This document shows positions 26,264 to 26,455 of a stretch of DNA of 26,455 bases, piece after piece; the stretch's first letter is position 1; each line of letters opens with the position of its first letter. Origin of the DNA: a virus (lineage: Duplodnaviria > Caudoviricetes); the IMG/VR virus record IMGVR_UViG_3300032104_000024, positions 1 to 26,455 of that record; one strand, 5' to 3'. The position numbers and the translations under genes were made by a program. The notes beneath the pieces are model-generated. The model had not been told where the DNA came from. It was given only the letters and a program-made list of their open reading frames with translations, and made no database searches.

Positions 26264-26455
26264 GAGGCTTGGCAAAAGAGAACGTCAAGCCTTGCGGCAA
26301 GCGAGCATGAACGCTTTGGGCGTTAGGGGAAGGAAAGCCCGAACGCCGCATAGTAAAGCGCGATTTGCTTCAGTGTGGCATAACCTGTTACCGCGAGGCA
26401 GACCCTCGCCCCAGTGGGGCATATGCGACATCGTGCCAAGCCGCAAGGTGACAGT
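26264..26455 (+). ncRNA. Candidate structured RNA, truncated by the window edge, with RNase P RNA-like motifs (alternatively or additionally a basic ORF from 26250/26262)
   Basis: Several helices found by eye: 26264-73/26284-93, 26319-24/26342-47, 26385-92/26447-54, 26393-98/26404-09 and 26418-25/26429-37. Confidence 0.4.

Noticed and set aside
26247-26300. Hammerhead ribozyme suggested by (C/T)GATGAG followed by a stem
   Set aside because: There is no exact CUGAUGA core and no GAAA after the stem.
1-26455. Stop-codon reassignment, CRISPR array, tRNA genes, integrase
   Set aside because: Genes are full length and tightly packed in the standard code. I saw no regularly spaced repeats, cloverleaf or recombinase motifs by eye.

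Overview
The window is the packaging and morphogenesis arm of a short-tailed dsDNA phage (podovirus) with BPP-1/epsilon15-like gene order and a T7-like tail and ejectosome module. It is almost entirely on the minus strand, and many genes are coupled by overlapping stop/start codons. Transcription order, right to left: small ORFs, TerS, a putative lipoprotein, TerL interrupted by a 309-aa LAGLIDADG-type intein next to its Walker B motif, two paralogous small 'IARPSLLG' proteins, portal, a Bbp19-like protein, scaffold, major capsid protein, cement protein, a ~4.3 kb block of about nine accessory genes (two with signal-peptide-like N-termini), tail adaptor, a nozzle carrying three E1-FCCH-like domains, a gp13-like protein, three internal virion proteins, a T4-type lysozyme and a three-gene tail fibre module that runs off the left edge. 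At the far right, after an AT-rich divergent region, the last ~200 nt on the + strand fold into many helices and carry motifs reminiscent of RNase P RNA. This candidate structured RNA is cut off by the window edge. All family assignments come from motif recognition and synteny; no searches were run.
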